Shown: positions 8,190 to 19,700 of the stretch, piece after piece
Layout of the letters: the number at the start of each line of letters is the position of its first letter
Numbering within the stretch: position 1 is the stretch's first letter
Origin: a virus
Lineage: Duplodnaviria > Caudoviricetes
Virus record (IMG/VR): IMGVR_UViG_3300027782_000182
Span: 1-36,555 of that record
Strand: one strand, 5' to 3'
DNA length: 36,555 nt
Translations under genes and position numbers: made by a program
Notes under the pieces: generated by a model
Told to the model about the DNA's origin: nothing
Databases searched by the model: none
Seen by the model: the letters and a program-made list of their open reading frames with translations, nothing else

Positions 8190-9884
8190 ATGCCAGTAGA
8201 AACTAGACAATCAGAATCAGCAACATCGGGTGGTATCGGCACAGGTATATATCTTGCCAAAATTATCAGCCACCTAGATGCCAGCTTTATGGGAGGCCTC
8301 GAAGTTACCCTATTAAAAGATGACGGTAACGTTATCGGAGAGTCATCTCAAACTTATCCCGTAAAATTTGCCAGTCCTTTCTTTGGGAATACTGCATTTG
8401 AATTTATGGGATACAATACCGCAGATTTTGACGATACACAAAAATCATACGGCATGTGGTTTGTTCCGCCCGATGTAGGAGTAACAGTATTAGTAGTTTT
8501 TATTGATGGCAGAACTGATCAAGGCTATTGGTTTGGTTGCGTTCCTGGTCGTTTTATTAACCACATGGTTCCTGGAATTGCTACTTCTGAAGTAACAATA
8601 CCCCCAACAGGACAAGAAGAAACTTATGATGTTGGATCGTTGCCGTCTGCCGAAATTAATCGTAGATCAAATGACCTTGGAGAAAGTCTAGCCATTGAAA
8701 AAATTCCAAGAGCAATGCATCCTATAGCTGATAGATTTCTAGAGCAAGGCCTATTAGAAGATAATGTACGAGGAACAACAACTGCTTCGTCAAGAAGAAA
8801 TGTACCTAGTCAAGTGTTTGGCATCAGCACACCCGGTCCACTAGATTATGCAGGTAAGAGAAATTATATAGGGGCATCGGATAGCCCAACAGAATCTCCA
8901 GTTCCTGTAAGCCGACTAGGCGGTACTCAGTTTGTTATGGATGATGGTGATCAAAGATACAATCGTGCTACTAATGCATCTGAAGGTGGCCCGGAATACC
9001 TTGAAGCTCCAGAAGGCGAATCTAGAATTCCTAAAGATGAATTGTTGAGATTTAGAACTCGCACAGGTCATCAGATATTGATGCACAACAGTGAAGATTT
9101 GATCTACATCGGCAATGCTAAAGGAACAACCTGGATTGAAATGTCAAGTGATGGAAAGATAGATATTTTTGCTGAAGACAGCGTTAGCGTCCATACCAAA
9201 CAAGATTTTAATTTTTATGCTGACCGTGATTTTAATCTTGAAGCAGGTAGAAATATCAATATGAAAGCAGCAGGAGTTCATCCAGACGGTGGCGGCAATT
9301 TCCGTGTAGATACAGAAGCCAACACTAGATTTTTTGTCAAAGGCGATACAAAAATTACCACAGAAGGTGAAGTACACATTGCTACATTAATGGACAATCA
9401 CATAACTTCGGTGATGAATAATAACTTTAAAAGTATTTTAAGTACCTATATTCAGTCTAGCTTAGACACTCACATGAAAGCTGGAACCAGTATTAATATT
9501 CAATCTGGAACAAGCATGGACATTCTATCCGGCATAGGAATGACACTAACAGGCAGCACTATAGATTTAAATGGCCCTACTGCAGGGGACGCCACAGCAG
9601 CCACAGCAGCCACTCCAACTCTGGCACTAGGAGTCAATGGCAATGTAGTAATCAACCCAGCAGAGGCAGAGTGGGTGGGTGCAAGATATAACACAGAAAC
9701 TCCGTTAGAAAGCATAATGTTTCGCATTCCCATGCACGAGCCATGGCCTAGCCATGAAAACTTGGATCCGTTGTCGTGCAAGCCTGAACTCACAGATAGA
9801 GAACAAGCAGGCGGTGGCGAAGACGGTGCTCCGGCAGGCGGAGATGAAGGCGGCGGTGAAGACCCACCACCAGAGGAGGCATAA
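8190..9884 (+). CDS. gp5: Baseplate central spike, gp5/VgrG-like (OB fold plus beta-helix), no recognisable lysozyme domain
   Basis: OB-fold motif GMWFVPPDVGVTVLVVFIDG...YWFG, then RTRTGHQILMHNSE, WIEMSSDGKI and about 8-residue beta-helix repeats ending in IDLNG. Directly upstream of gp25. Confidence 0.8.
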   Translation: MPVETRQSESATSGGIGTGIYLAKIISHLDASFMGGLEVTLLKDDGNVIGESSQTYPVKFASPFFGNTAFEFMGYNTADFDDTQKSYGMWFVPPDVGVTVLVVFIDGRTDQGYWFGCVPGRFINHMVPGIATSEVTIPPTGQEETYDVGSLPSAEINRRSNDLGESLAIEKIPRAMHPIADRFLEQGLLEDNVRGTTTASSRRNVPSQVFGISTPGPLDYAGKRNYIGASDSPTESPVPVSRLGGTQFVMDDGDQRYNRATNASEGGPEYLEAPEGESRIPKDELLRFRTRTGHQILMHNSEDLIYIGNAKGTTWIEMSSDGKIDIFAEDSVSVHTKQDFNFYADRDFNLEAGRNINMKAAGVHPDGGGNFRVDTEANTRFFVKGDTKITTEGEVHIATLMDNHITSVMNNNFKSILSTYIQSSLDTHMKAGTSINIQSGTSMDILSGIGMTLTGSTIDLNGPTAGDATAATAATPTLALGVNGNVVINPAEAEWVGARYNTETPLESIMFRIPMHEPWPSHENLDPLSCKPELTDREQAGGGEDGAPAGGDEGGGEDPPPEEA

Positions 9885-9887
9885 AAT

Positions 9888-10322
9888 ATGGCTAAAATTT
9901 ACAATCAAAAAGTGGTAGCAACTAATAACGCTACTTCAACACAAACTAGTGAAACCTTTAGATATAAGGGATTTAGTTCTACTGAAATAAAAAATAATTT
10001 TAAACTCTATGACATTGAACTAGTCAAGCGAGATATCTTAAATCATTTTTATATTCGCAAAGGTGAAAAATTAGAAAATCCTAATTTTGGAACTATTATT
10101 TGGGATCTATTATTTGAAAATTTTACTCCAGAGATCAAAGAATTAATTATCAAAGACGTTGAACAAATCATTAATTATGATCCTCGTATTGCTATCAATT
10201 CTGTAACAATTGATACCACTGACATGGGAATTAGAATACAAGCAGATGTGGTTTATTTGCAATTTAATATCAGTGAACGCATGAGCTTTGATTTTGACAA
10301 AGAAAATAACATAGTAAACTGA
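9888..10322 (+). CDS. gp25: Baseplate wedge subunit / sheath initiator gp25-like
   Basis: DIELVKRDILNHFYIRKGEKLENPNFGTIIWDLLFE...INYDPRI is the GPW/gp25 pattern; SD GAGGAGG. Confidence 0.92.
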   Translation: MAKIYNQKVVATNNATSTQTSETFRYKGFSSTEIKNNFKLYDIELVKRDILNHFYIRKGEKLENPNFGTIIWDLLFENFTPEIKELIIKDVEQIINYDPRIAINSVTIDTTDMGIRIQADVVYLQFNISERMSFDFDKENNIVN

Positions 10323-10337
10323 CCTGATAATTTTTAG

Positions 10338-10345
10338 GGTAAATA
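10338..10345 (+). promoter_or_regulatory. Putative late promoter box (GGTAAATA)
   Basis: TAAATA core in the 44-bp intergenic gap upstream of gp6. Confidence 0.5.
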
Positions 10346-10366
10346 TGTAATAAGGTATAACAGACA

Positions 10367-13300
10367 ATGACAACCACGCTAAGACAAACAAATTTAATAC
10401 TGAATCAAGATTGGACCACAATCTATCAGACATTCAAAAATGCTGATTTCAAAAGCTATGACTTTGAAAATCTTCGCCGCGTCATTATTACCTATTTGCG
10501 TGAAAACTATCCAGAAGATTTCAACGACTACATTGAATCCAGTGAATATCTAGCATTAATTGACGCTGTTGCATTCCTTGGACAAAGCCTAGCATTCCGT
10601 ATTGATCTAGCCAGCAGAGAAAACTTTATTGAATTAGCTTCTCGTAGAGAAAGCGTCCTTCGCATAGCTCGTATGTTGAGTTATAACGCCAAGAGGAATA
10701 TAACATCTAAAGGTTTTTTAAAAGTTGATACAGTTTCAACCACAGCAGCAATTCTAGACAACAACGGAAAAAATCTAGCAAGACAAGTCATACAATGGAA
10801 TGATCCTACTAATCCTAACTGGAGAGAGCAGTTCATTACAATAATGAATGCAGCCATGAGCCAAAATACAGAATTTGGACGTAGTCAAGGAAATGCCACA
10901 ATACAAGGTACTCCTACAGAACAATATCGTTTCAACACTAGTACCTTGCAAGTTCCAATTTTCTCGTTTAGTAAAAATGTAGCTGCCAGATCTATGCCTT
11001 TCGAAATTGTTAGCGCCTCTTTTAAAGGTGCTGAAGAAATCTACGAAGAACCCCCAGTTCCTGGTAATCAGATGGGATTTATCTATAAGAATGACGGTAA
11101 GGGTGCAGCAAGTCCCGATACTGGATTCTTTTTTATGTTTAAGCAAGGTAGCCTAGAGCTTGCAGATTTTTCAATTGCAGTCCCAACCACCAACGAAAAG
11201 GTAGCAATCGATGCTGAAAATATCAATAATAGCGATGTTTGGTTATTTCAGCTAGCAGCTAATGGCTCCCAGTTAGATGAGTGGACAAAAGTTTCTAATC
11301 TAGTTGGCAATAATATTGCCTACAATAGTATTGAAAAGAGTATTAGAAATATATATTCTATATCTACAAAGAACTCGGATAAGATTGACTTAATTTTTGC
11401 CGACGGTGTATACGGAAATTTACCACAAGGACCTTTCCGAGCCTACTACCGTGTAAGTAACGGTCTTTCATACAGCATCCTTCCTAATGAAATGCGCGGC
11501 ATTAACATTGAAGTTCCGTATATAAACAAAGCAGGTCAGAGTCATGTCCTTAAGATAAGCATGAGCTTGAAATATACAGTAAGCAATAGTGTGTCTGCAG
11601 AATCGGTAGAAAGTATTAGAACAAAAGCTCCTGCCCAATACTACACACAAAACAGAATGATCACGGCTGAAGACTACAATCTTGCGCCATTATCCAGCAG
11701 TCAAGACATTTTAAAAGTCAAAGCCATTAATAGAACATCTAGTGGAGTTAGTCGCAATTTTGATATCATTGACGCCAGCGGAAAATATTCCAGTGTGAAT
11801 GTATTTGCTGATGATGGCTTAATTTATAAATCAGAAAGTGAAAAAAGTCTAGCATTTAAAACAGTCAGTAGAATTGACACAGTTAACTTTATTCGTCAAA
11901 GCGTCGAACCGTTGTTTACCAACACAGGTGTTTATAATTTCTATTTTACCAAATACGATAAAATTTTATTCACTGACACAAATACTAAATGGACACAAAT
12001 TACATCAGATGTAAATGAAAGCACTGGATATTTTATCAATTCAGTTGACCTAACTTTACAAAAAGTAAGTTCTTATACAACCAACACATTAAAGTATGTT
12101 GCCGCAGGTGCTATGATTAAATTTGTGCCACCTGCAGGCAAGAGTTTTAAACGAGGTGAATTAGTTATCACCGACGCAAATGATTTAGATCAAACAGACA
12201 GACTATGGACCAAGGTTATTCGAGTAGTAGGTGATGGAACCAATGCAGGCCGCGGCACACTTAGTACCGGCAAAGGTCCAATTATATTCAATGATACTGT
12301 GCCTACCGGAGCAATCGCCAGCAGAATTATTCCTAAATTTGTAAACAATTTGCCGGATGCATTAGAAACACAGATGGTAAATTTGTGTGCAGAAAACAAA
12401 AACTTTGGTCTTCGATTTGATGTTGCTGCCGCAAGTTGGAAAATTATTACTGCCCCAAACATTGATTTAATTAATGCATTTGCACTAGGTAAAGCAGGAG
12501 ACACAACAAATAATAATCTAGACACCAGTTGGATTATTGCTTTCACTAAAGAATCTGATGAGTATCAAATCCGTGTTAGGACCTTAAATTATATCTTCGG
12601 TAGTCTCGAACAGAATAGGTTTTACTTCGATGTTAATCAAAAAATCTACGACGGAAAGACAGGCAAGACCATCAAAGATCAAGTTCGAGTATTGGGCATT
12701 AACACAATGCCTAATAATGCTTCAGCATTGAAGCAAGATCTTGTATTTGAAGTTGACGACTCTATTAAGTTTGAAGACGGATATCAAAGCTCAGAAGAAA
12801 TTCAGGTTGCATTCAGCGACAGCGACGATGATGGTGTTATTGACAACGCTGATGCATTTGAACAGATAGTAGGTGCTGACCAAGCCCTAAATTATCTATT
12901 TTTTACAGAAGTAGTAGACAGCTTTGGCAACATCGTCTATACTTATTTTGATAACAGCACTGATTTAATACTTGTAAGACAGAATGAAAATCAAATTAAT
13001 GTTAACGAGTTTGATGACGGGCAATTAATTTATTTCTATGACAGTGCAGAAGATCGTGTTAAACGAGTAGATTTGGCATCAAATAGTCTAATACTAGAAT
13101 CTGGCTATAGAGCAAATATCGGTCGTTCTGGACTAAAATTTCAATATATTCACAATGCTAATGTTGATCGCAGAATTGATCCTAGTGTTAGTAATATTAT
13201 TGATGTTTACTTATTAACAAGAAGTTATGATACTGAATTTAGAAAGTTTTTGAGCGGCGGCCTAGCGACAAGACCAGAGTCTCCTAACAGCGACAGTTTG

Positions 13301-13777
13301 CGTATTAGTTTTGGATCATCACTAGGCGAGATTAAATCAATTAGCGATGAAGTAATATACCATCCAGTGAACTATAAAGTGCTTTTTGGTTCAACAGCAG
13401 ATTATGCTCTGCAAGCACAATTTAAGATTGTTAAAAATCCAAATAAAACAATCAATGACAACGATCTTAAAGTTAGAATCATTTCAGCAATTAACGATTT
13501 CTTTGATGTAGCTAACTGGGACTTCGGTGATAGATTTTATCTTGGCGAATTGATTACATACATCACAAATGCAGTCACTCCAGATCTAAGTAACTTGGTA
13601 ATTGTTCCTAGACAACCAACACAGAGTTTTGGTAGTCTGTTTGAAATTCAAAGTGCCAACGATGAAATTTTTGTCAGCGGTGCAACTGTAGATGATATTG
13701 TTATTGTAACAGCAATCACCGCTAGTGAAATTCGTGTAGATGCTACGGCAGTTATATCATCAACAAATTTAGGGTAA
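10367..13777 (+). CDS. gp6: Baseplate wedge subunit gp6-like, enlarged (1136 aa)
   Basis: SYDFENLR...FNDYIESS...ENFIELASRRESVLRIARMLSYN, FADGVYGNLP and ESVESIRTKAPAQYYTQNRMITAEDY are gp6/baseplate-J motifs; follows gp25. Confidence 0.9.
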   Translation: MTTTLRQTNLILNQDWTTIYQTFKNADFKSYDFENLRRVIITYLRENYPEDFNDYIESSEYLALIDAVAFLGQSLAFRIDLASRENFIELASRRESVLRIARMLSYNAKRNITSKGFLKVDTVSTTAAILDNNGKNLARQVIQWNDPTNPNWREQFITIMNAAMSQNTEFGRSQGNATIQGTPTEQYRFNTSTLQVPIFSFSKNVAARSMPFEIVSASFKGAEEIYEEPPVPGNQMGFIYKNDGKGAASPDTGFFFMFKQGSLELADFSIAVPTTNEKVAIDAENINNSDVWLFQLAANGSQLDEWTKVSNLVGNNIAYNSIEKSIRNIYSISTKNSDKIDLIFADGVYGNLPQGPFRAYYRVSNGLSYSILPNEMRGINIEVPYINKAGQSHVLKISMSLKYTVSNSVSAESVESIRTKAPAQYYTQNRMITAEDYNLAPLSSSQDILKVKAINRTSSGVSRNFDIIDASGKYSSVNVFADDGLIYKSESEKSLAFKTVSRIDTVNFIRQSVEPLFTNTGVYNFYFTKYDKILFTDTNTKWTQITSDVNESTGYFINSVDLTLQKVSSYTTNTLKYVAAGAMIKFVPPAGKSFKRGELVITDANDLDQTDRLWTKVIRVVGDGTNAGRGTLSTGKGPIIFNDTVPTGAIASRIIPKFVNNLPDALETQMVNLCAENKNFGLRFDVAAASWKIITAPNIDLINAFALGKAGDTTNNNLDTSWIIAFTKESDEYQIRVRTLNYIFGSLEQNRFYFDVNQKIYDGKTGKTIKDQVRVLGINTMPNNASALKQDLVFEVDDSIKFEDGYQSSEEIQVAFSDSDDDGVIDNADAFEQIVGADQALNYLFFTEVVDSFGNIVYTYFDNSTDLILVRQNENQINVNEFDDGQLIYFYDSAEDRVKRVDLASNSLILESGYRANIGRSGLKFQYIHNANVDRRIDPSVSNIIDVYLLTRSYDTEFRKFLSGGLATRPESPNSDSLRISFGSSLGEIKSISDEVIYHPVNYKVLFGSTADYALQAQFKIVKNPNKTINDNDLKVRIISAINDFFDVANWDFGDRFYLGELITYITNAVTPDLSNLVIVPRQPTQSFGSLFEIQSANDEIFVSGATVDDIVIVTAITASEIRVDATAVISSTNLG

Positions 13778-13786
13778 TTGTAGAAT

Positions 13787-16700
13787 ATGGCAAATGAAAT
13801 TTTCCCAGAAAGCGGACTACCGATTCGAAGAACAGTAGATTTACTTCCTCAGGTTTTTAAAACTGAAACAAACAGTAAATTTATGGCCGGAGTCATTGAC
13901 CCCTTGGTCCAGCCGGGTGTTCTACAAAAAACTGTAGGATATGTTGGTCGTAGATATGGCAAGACCTACAAAGGATCTGACATTTATCTTGACAGTGACA
14001 ATACACTACGCAGTAGATATCAACTAGAACCGGGAGTAGTGCTATCGGATGATCGAGGTAATATTGAAAATTTCTACGACTACATCGACTTTAAAAATCA
14101 ACTTAGATTTTTCAACAATTTTAACGAGCGTGACGATTTAATTACCAGTCAAGATCATTACAGCTGGAATCCTCCTATTGAGTGGGATAAGTTTGTAAAC
14201 TTCCGTGAGTACTATTGGGTTCCAAGCGGCCCTCCAAGTGTTAAAGTTCTTGGACAAGGAGATGCAATCACCAGTACCTATCGAGTTCGTCAGGGTACAA
14301 CATCGACATGGATATTTTATCCAGACGGTGCAACAAATAATCCTACACTGACCTTGTATAGAGGACAAACATACAATTTTGCAGTTAATAGTCCTAGAGA
14401 AGGTTTTTACATTAGAACAGCTTTTGATACAGGCAGTTTAAAATACAATCCTTTCCTTCCTTATATTCCTAATCAACTTGCAGTATATGATGGCAAATTG
14501 TGGAGAGCATTGACCTTTGTTACCGCCAGCATCGATGGCACAATTGTTGAAGGCCCAGAGTGGGAACTTGTAGATGAAAATGTACAAACATCAAAGTTTG
14601 ATTATTTTAACGGAGTAACTAATAATGGCGCAACCAACGGTACTGTTACCTTTGAAGTTCCATTAGATGCACCAGATATTCTTTACTATCAAAGTGCAAT
14701 TAATCCCGATAGGTTCGGTCGATTTCTAATCCAAGATATTGAAGAAAATACTAGCATTAATATTGATAAAGAAATTCTTGGCAAACAAACCTATACCAGC
14801 AGCAACGGTGTCGAATTTACCAACGGCCTAATTGTACGATTTGCCGGAAAAGTTACTCCTACAAAGTACGCTAAGGATAATTGGTTAGTGGAAAAAGTTG
14901 GCCGAGAAATAACTCTAATTAAATTTTCGGATTTAACAGTACCGATTATTACCAGCCAGATCCCTGAAGTAATTTTTGACAATACAGGATTTGATACAGA
15001 ACCATTTGATGATGCTACTTCTTATCCTGGAGAAAAAGATTATATTGCAATTTGTAGATCTAGTATCGATGCAAATCCGTGGAGTCGTTACAATCGTTGG
15101 TTTCATAAATCAACTCTTGAGCAGGCGCATAAATTAAACGGCACCGACTTTGCAGCGGGAGACAGCTTTAGAGCCAAGCGCCCTATTATTGAGTTTCGAT
15201 CAAATCTACAATTATTTAATCACGGTAGTATTGCAAAAACTTCTGTAGATTTTATTGACACTTTTACAACTGATATTTTTTCTACTATTGAAGGTAGTCA
15301 AGGATACAGTATCGACGGTGAATTCTTGTATCAGGGTGCCAGAGTTTTATTTGTTGCCGACACAGACAGCCTTGCTAATAACAAAATTTATCAGGTTAAT
15401 TTTATAACACATAACAATGTTAGACAAATTACATTAAAGACAACGGTTGATTCTGATCCTATTTTAGGAGAAGGAGTGTTGGTAAGAGGCGGAAATGTTA
15501 ATAAAGGCCTAATGTATCATTTTAACGGCGTTAATTGGACAGCTAGTCAAGAAAAGACCAAAGCTAATCAAATGCCTTTATTTGATCTATTTGACAACAA
15601 CGGTATTAGTTTTTCGGATACAACAACATATCCGTCGTCAACATTTATTGGATCACCGATACTAAGTTATAAAATAGGTAATAGCATTGCTGACAGTGAA
15701 TTAGGATTCAGCCTAGACTACTTAAACATTGACAATGTTGGGGATATTTTATTCACATACAATCTTGATCTTGACAGTTTTTCTTATTCTGTTAACCAAG
15801 AGACTTTAACAAAAAATTTAAACACCGGATTTTATAGATTTAATCCGCTTGATGAATTTGCCAATGGATGGGTTAAATCAGACAACGATTATCAGCAGCC
15901 AATTTTAGATAGCGTAGTTGTTACTGAAGTAACAAATCAAGTCACACTGTCAACAGTTGACTGGGCAGCGTTTAGTATTCTTCCGTCTACAGTTATCTTT
16001 TATCTAAACGGACAAAGACATTTAGATAGTTACACTAGAGAAAATGGAACATTTACTTTTATTAAGGCATTTGCAGTAAATGATGTAGTATCTATCAAGA
16101 TCTACATTGACCTTGATCCAGATCAGGGATACTATCAAATACCACACGGCCTAGAAAAGAATCCGTTAAATGACAATCTAACAGCGTTTACTCTAGGGCA
16201 AGCAATTGATCATTTGTCGTCAGCAATTGAAATTGAAACAGAATTTTCAGGCGTTTACCCTGGCAATAGCAATCTAAGAAATATTGACGGTTATCAACAT
16301 CGTTGTATGCGTTTCTTAAAGCATTCCGGCATTGCACCAATGGCAGTGTCTTTGCTCTGCGATAAAAATATTAACATCATAAAGTCTATTCAACATTCTT
16401 TACGATCTTACAGCAATTTTAAAAATGAATTTTTAAAAAGAATCGCCGAAGCCATGCCGTTAGATAATGTGGTTGATTTCGTTGACGAAGTCATTGCGGC
16501 AATGACCATAACAAAAGACTCGTCGGACCCGTTTGCAGATAGCGATATGGTTGGAAATGGTGCTCACGCTGACATTATATATCTAGTCGAAGACGAAGGA
16601 ATAAAAGTATTTGCACTAAGTCAAACTTTTAATCTTACAGAACTCAGTCGTCGTGCAGTCTATGTTTACCGTAATGGCGAACAATTAATTCACGGAACAG

Positions 16701-19700
16701 ACTATGTATTTGACGCTACATTTGGATTTGTTAGACTTTCATTAACACTCACCGAAGGCGATCAAATTGTAATTAGAGAATATTCGTCAACAGCGTTTAA
16801 CTATATTCCGTCAACTCCTACCAAGCTAGGCCTGTACAAAAAGTACTTGCCAAGAATTTATCTTGATGACACATTTGTAACTCCTCGCTTAGTAATACAA
16901 GGACATGATGGTAGTATTACCGCTGCCTATGATGATTACAGAGATGATGCAATTTTAGAATTAGAATTAAGAATTTACAACAACATTAAACAAGAATATA
17001 ACGAAAATATCTTTGACATTGACACAGTATTTGGCGGATACTATGGAAATGCATTATACACAAAACCAGAATTAGATGCTATTATCCTGCAGGATTTCTT
17101 ACGCTGGGTATCTAATACCGATATTGATTACACAAATAACGATCAGTACCTTGACACTCAGAATAGTTTTACCTATACTTACAGTAACATGACAGATCCT
17201 ACTAGACAGCAAAGTTTACCAGGATACTGGAGAGGAGTATACCAATGGTTCTATGACACTGATCGCCCACATACATGCCCTTGGGAAATTTTAGGATTCA
17301 GTGAAAAGCCAACATGGTGGGAAAGTGAATATGGACCTGCACCTTACACTAGAGGCAACTTAATTCTTTGGGAAGATATCCGTGACGGTGTTATTCGTCA
17401 AGGTGCTCGTGCCGGCACACATGATCGTTATGCAAGACCTAGTATTTTAAATCATATTCCTACAGACGGCGACGGGAGACTATTGAGTCCTTTAGATTCC
17501 GGAGTTGCTAACGACTTTACTTTAATTAATAATCAAGGTGATTATAGACCAGGCGATGTTAGCCCAGTAGAAGCTGCGTGGAGATCTAGCAGCGAATGGC
17601 CTTTTTCTGTAATTTCAGCACTATGCCTGTTAAAACCATTCGAATTTATTACAGATAGTTTTGATCGATCTAGAATGTCAGTGAATCAACTTGGACAAAC
17701 AGTATCAGCTGAATCTGGGGTATTTTCAAAGATTTCAAATTTGTTAGTTCCTGTGGTAGGCGGCACTCAACTTTCAGGATTGGTAACTTTTGTTTCTAGT
17801 TATGTTCGTAGTAAAAATCTAGACCCGCAAGTATTCTTAACAAGATTAAATAATCTAGATATTAAAATTTCTACAAGAATGTCCGGATTTGTTGATCAAA
17901 CAGAACAGAAATATTTGTTAGATAGTAAAAATCCAAGTGCAACATCCAGCAGTGTCTATGTGCCAAATGAAAATTACGATGTAATTTTTAATGTAGGTGT
18001 TCCAATGATAGGTATTGCCTATAGTGGAGTGTTGATTGAAAAATTAGCCGAAGGCTGGAAAATCAAAGGCTACGATAATCAACAACCTTACTTTAATTAT
18101 TTTAAACCTATTGCCAGCAGCAGCGATCCGTTGACATCGGTAGGAGGCACTAGCGTATCTTTCTTAGACTGGGCCGCAGACAAAGTTTACAGCAACGGTG
18201 ATGTTGTAAGAACTCAAAATACATTTTATCGTGCATTAAAGTCTCATACTAGTACTGAAATATTTGATAAGAGTCTTTGGAAAATTTTACCCAAGTTACC
18301 AGTGGCTGGCGGAGTTGAAGCTTACTTTAGAAAAACATTCAATCAACTAAAACCGATACAACTCTACTACGGAACTGTTATTACCAAGATCCAAGGCGTG
18401 GTAGATTTCTTGCTAGGTTATCAAGCCTATCTAAAAACACAAGGATTCAGCTTTGATCGATATGATGCAGAAAATCAAGTAGCCTATAACTGGGGAACCA
18501 GTTGTAAAGAATTCCTATTCTGGACCAAGCATAACTGGGCAGTGGGATCTCTATTAACACTAAGCCCAAGCGCCAGCCAAGTCGATATGAAAATTCCGTT
18601 GGGAGTTGCCGACAGTCTCTTTGACAGTTTCTATGACTATCAAATTTTTAAAAGCGACGGAGCACCACTGTTACCGATATTCTTAAATGTTAACCGAGAC
18701 TTCCAAGCAGTAACAGTCAGTACAGTTAACACCAACGAAGGCATCTATTTTATCAAAATTTATTTTGTTCTTAAAGAACACATCACAGTATTTGATGACC
18801 GCACAGTTTTCAATGATGTTATCTATGACAAGACTACAGGGTATCGTCAAGAGCGTATCAAGAGTCGTGGATTCCGTACAGTAGATTGGGACGGCGATTA
18901 TACCAGTCCTGGATTCTTGTTTGACAATGTAAACATTCAACAATGGAGTCCTTATACTGATTACAGATTAGGCGACATTGTTTCCTACAAATCCTACAAC
19001 TGGGTTAGTAAACAAAATGTTCAAGGCGCTGAGTTATTTGATACAACAATCTGGGAAAAATTAGATTCCACTCCTACTAAAGGACTGGTTGCAAACTTTG
19101 ATTATAGAATTAATCAATTTGAAGATTACTATGATGTTGATGCTGACGGACTAGGTAGCAGTCAACGAGACCTAAGTCGCCATGTTATTGGATATCAAAC
19201 ACGAGAATATTTGCAGAACATGGCCGAAGATGCCGTTAGCCAGTTTAAGTTGTACCAAGGATTTATCCGTGAAAAAGGCACAGCAAATGCTATCACTAAA
19301 GTATTTGACAAACTAAGCAGAACCAATACTGGCAGTATCGAACTCAATGAAGAATGGGCATTCCGTGTTGGTCGACTAGGCGGCACTGATCAGTTTAATG
19401 AAACTGAATTTAGAATCTTAAAGAATGATTTTAAAATTAATCCACAGCCAGTGATTATTGCACCTACAGATTCCAGCACAGATGTACTAGATTTGTACAT
19501 GCGAGTACCTGAAAAGAATTTTACAATTGCCCCAATACCTTTTACAGCTAATATCAATCCTGTTAAGAAATATAAATTAACTCCTCGAACAGCAGGATAT
19601 GTAAATTCTTTTGATGTTGATTTTGCTGTTAAAAACTATGATGACATCTTAGCATTAAACATTGCAGATTTTGAAGAAAATTCTCATGTATGGATTACTT

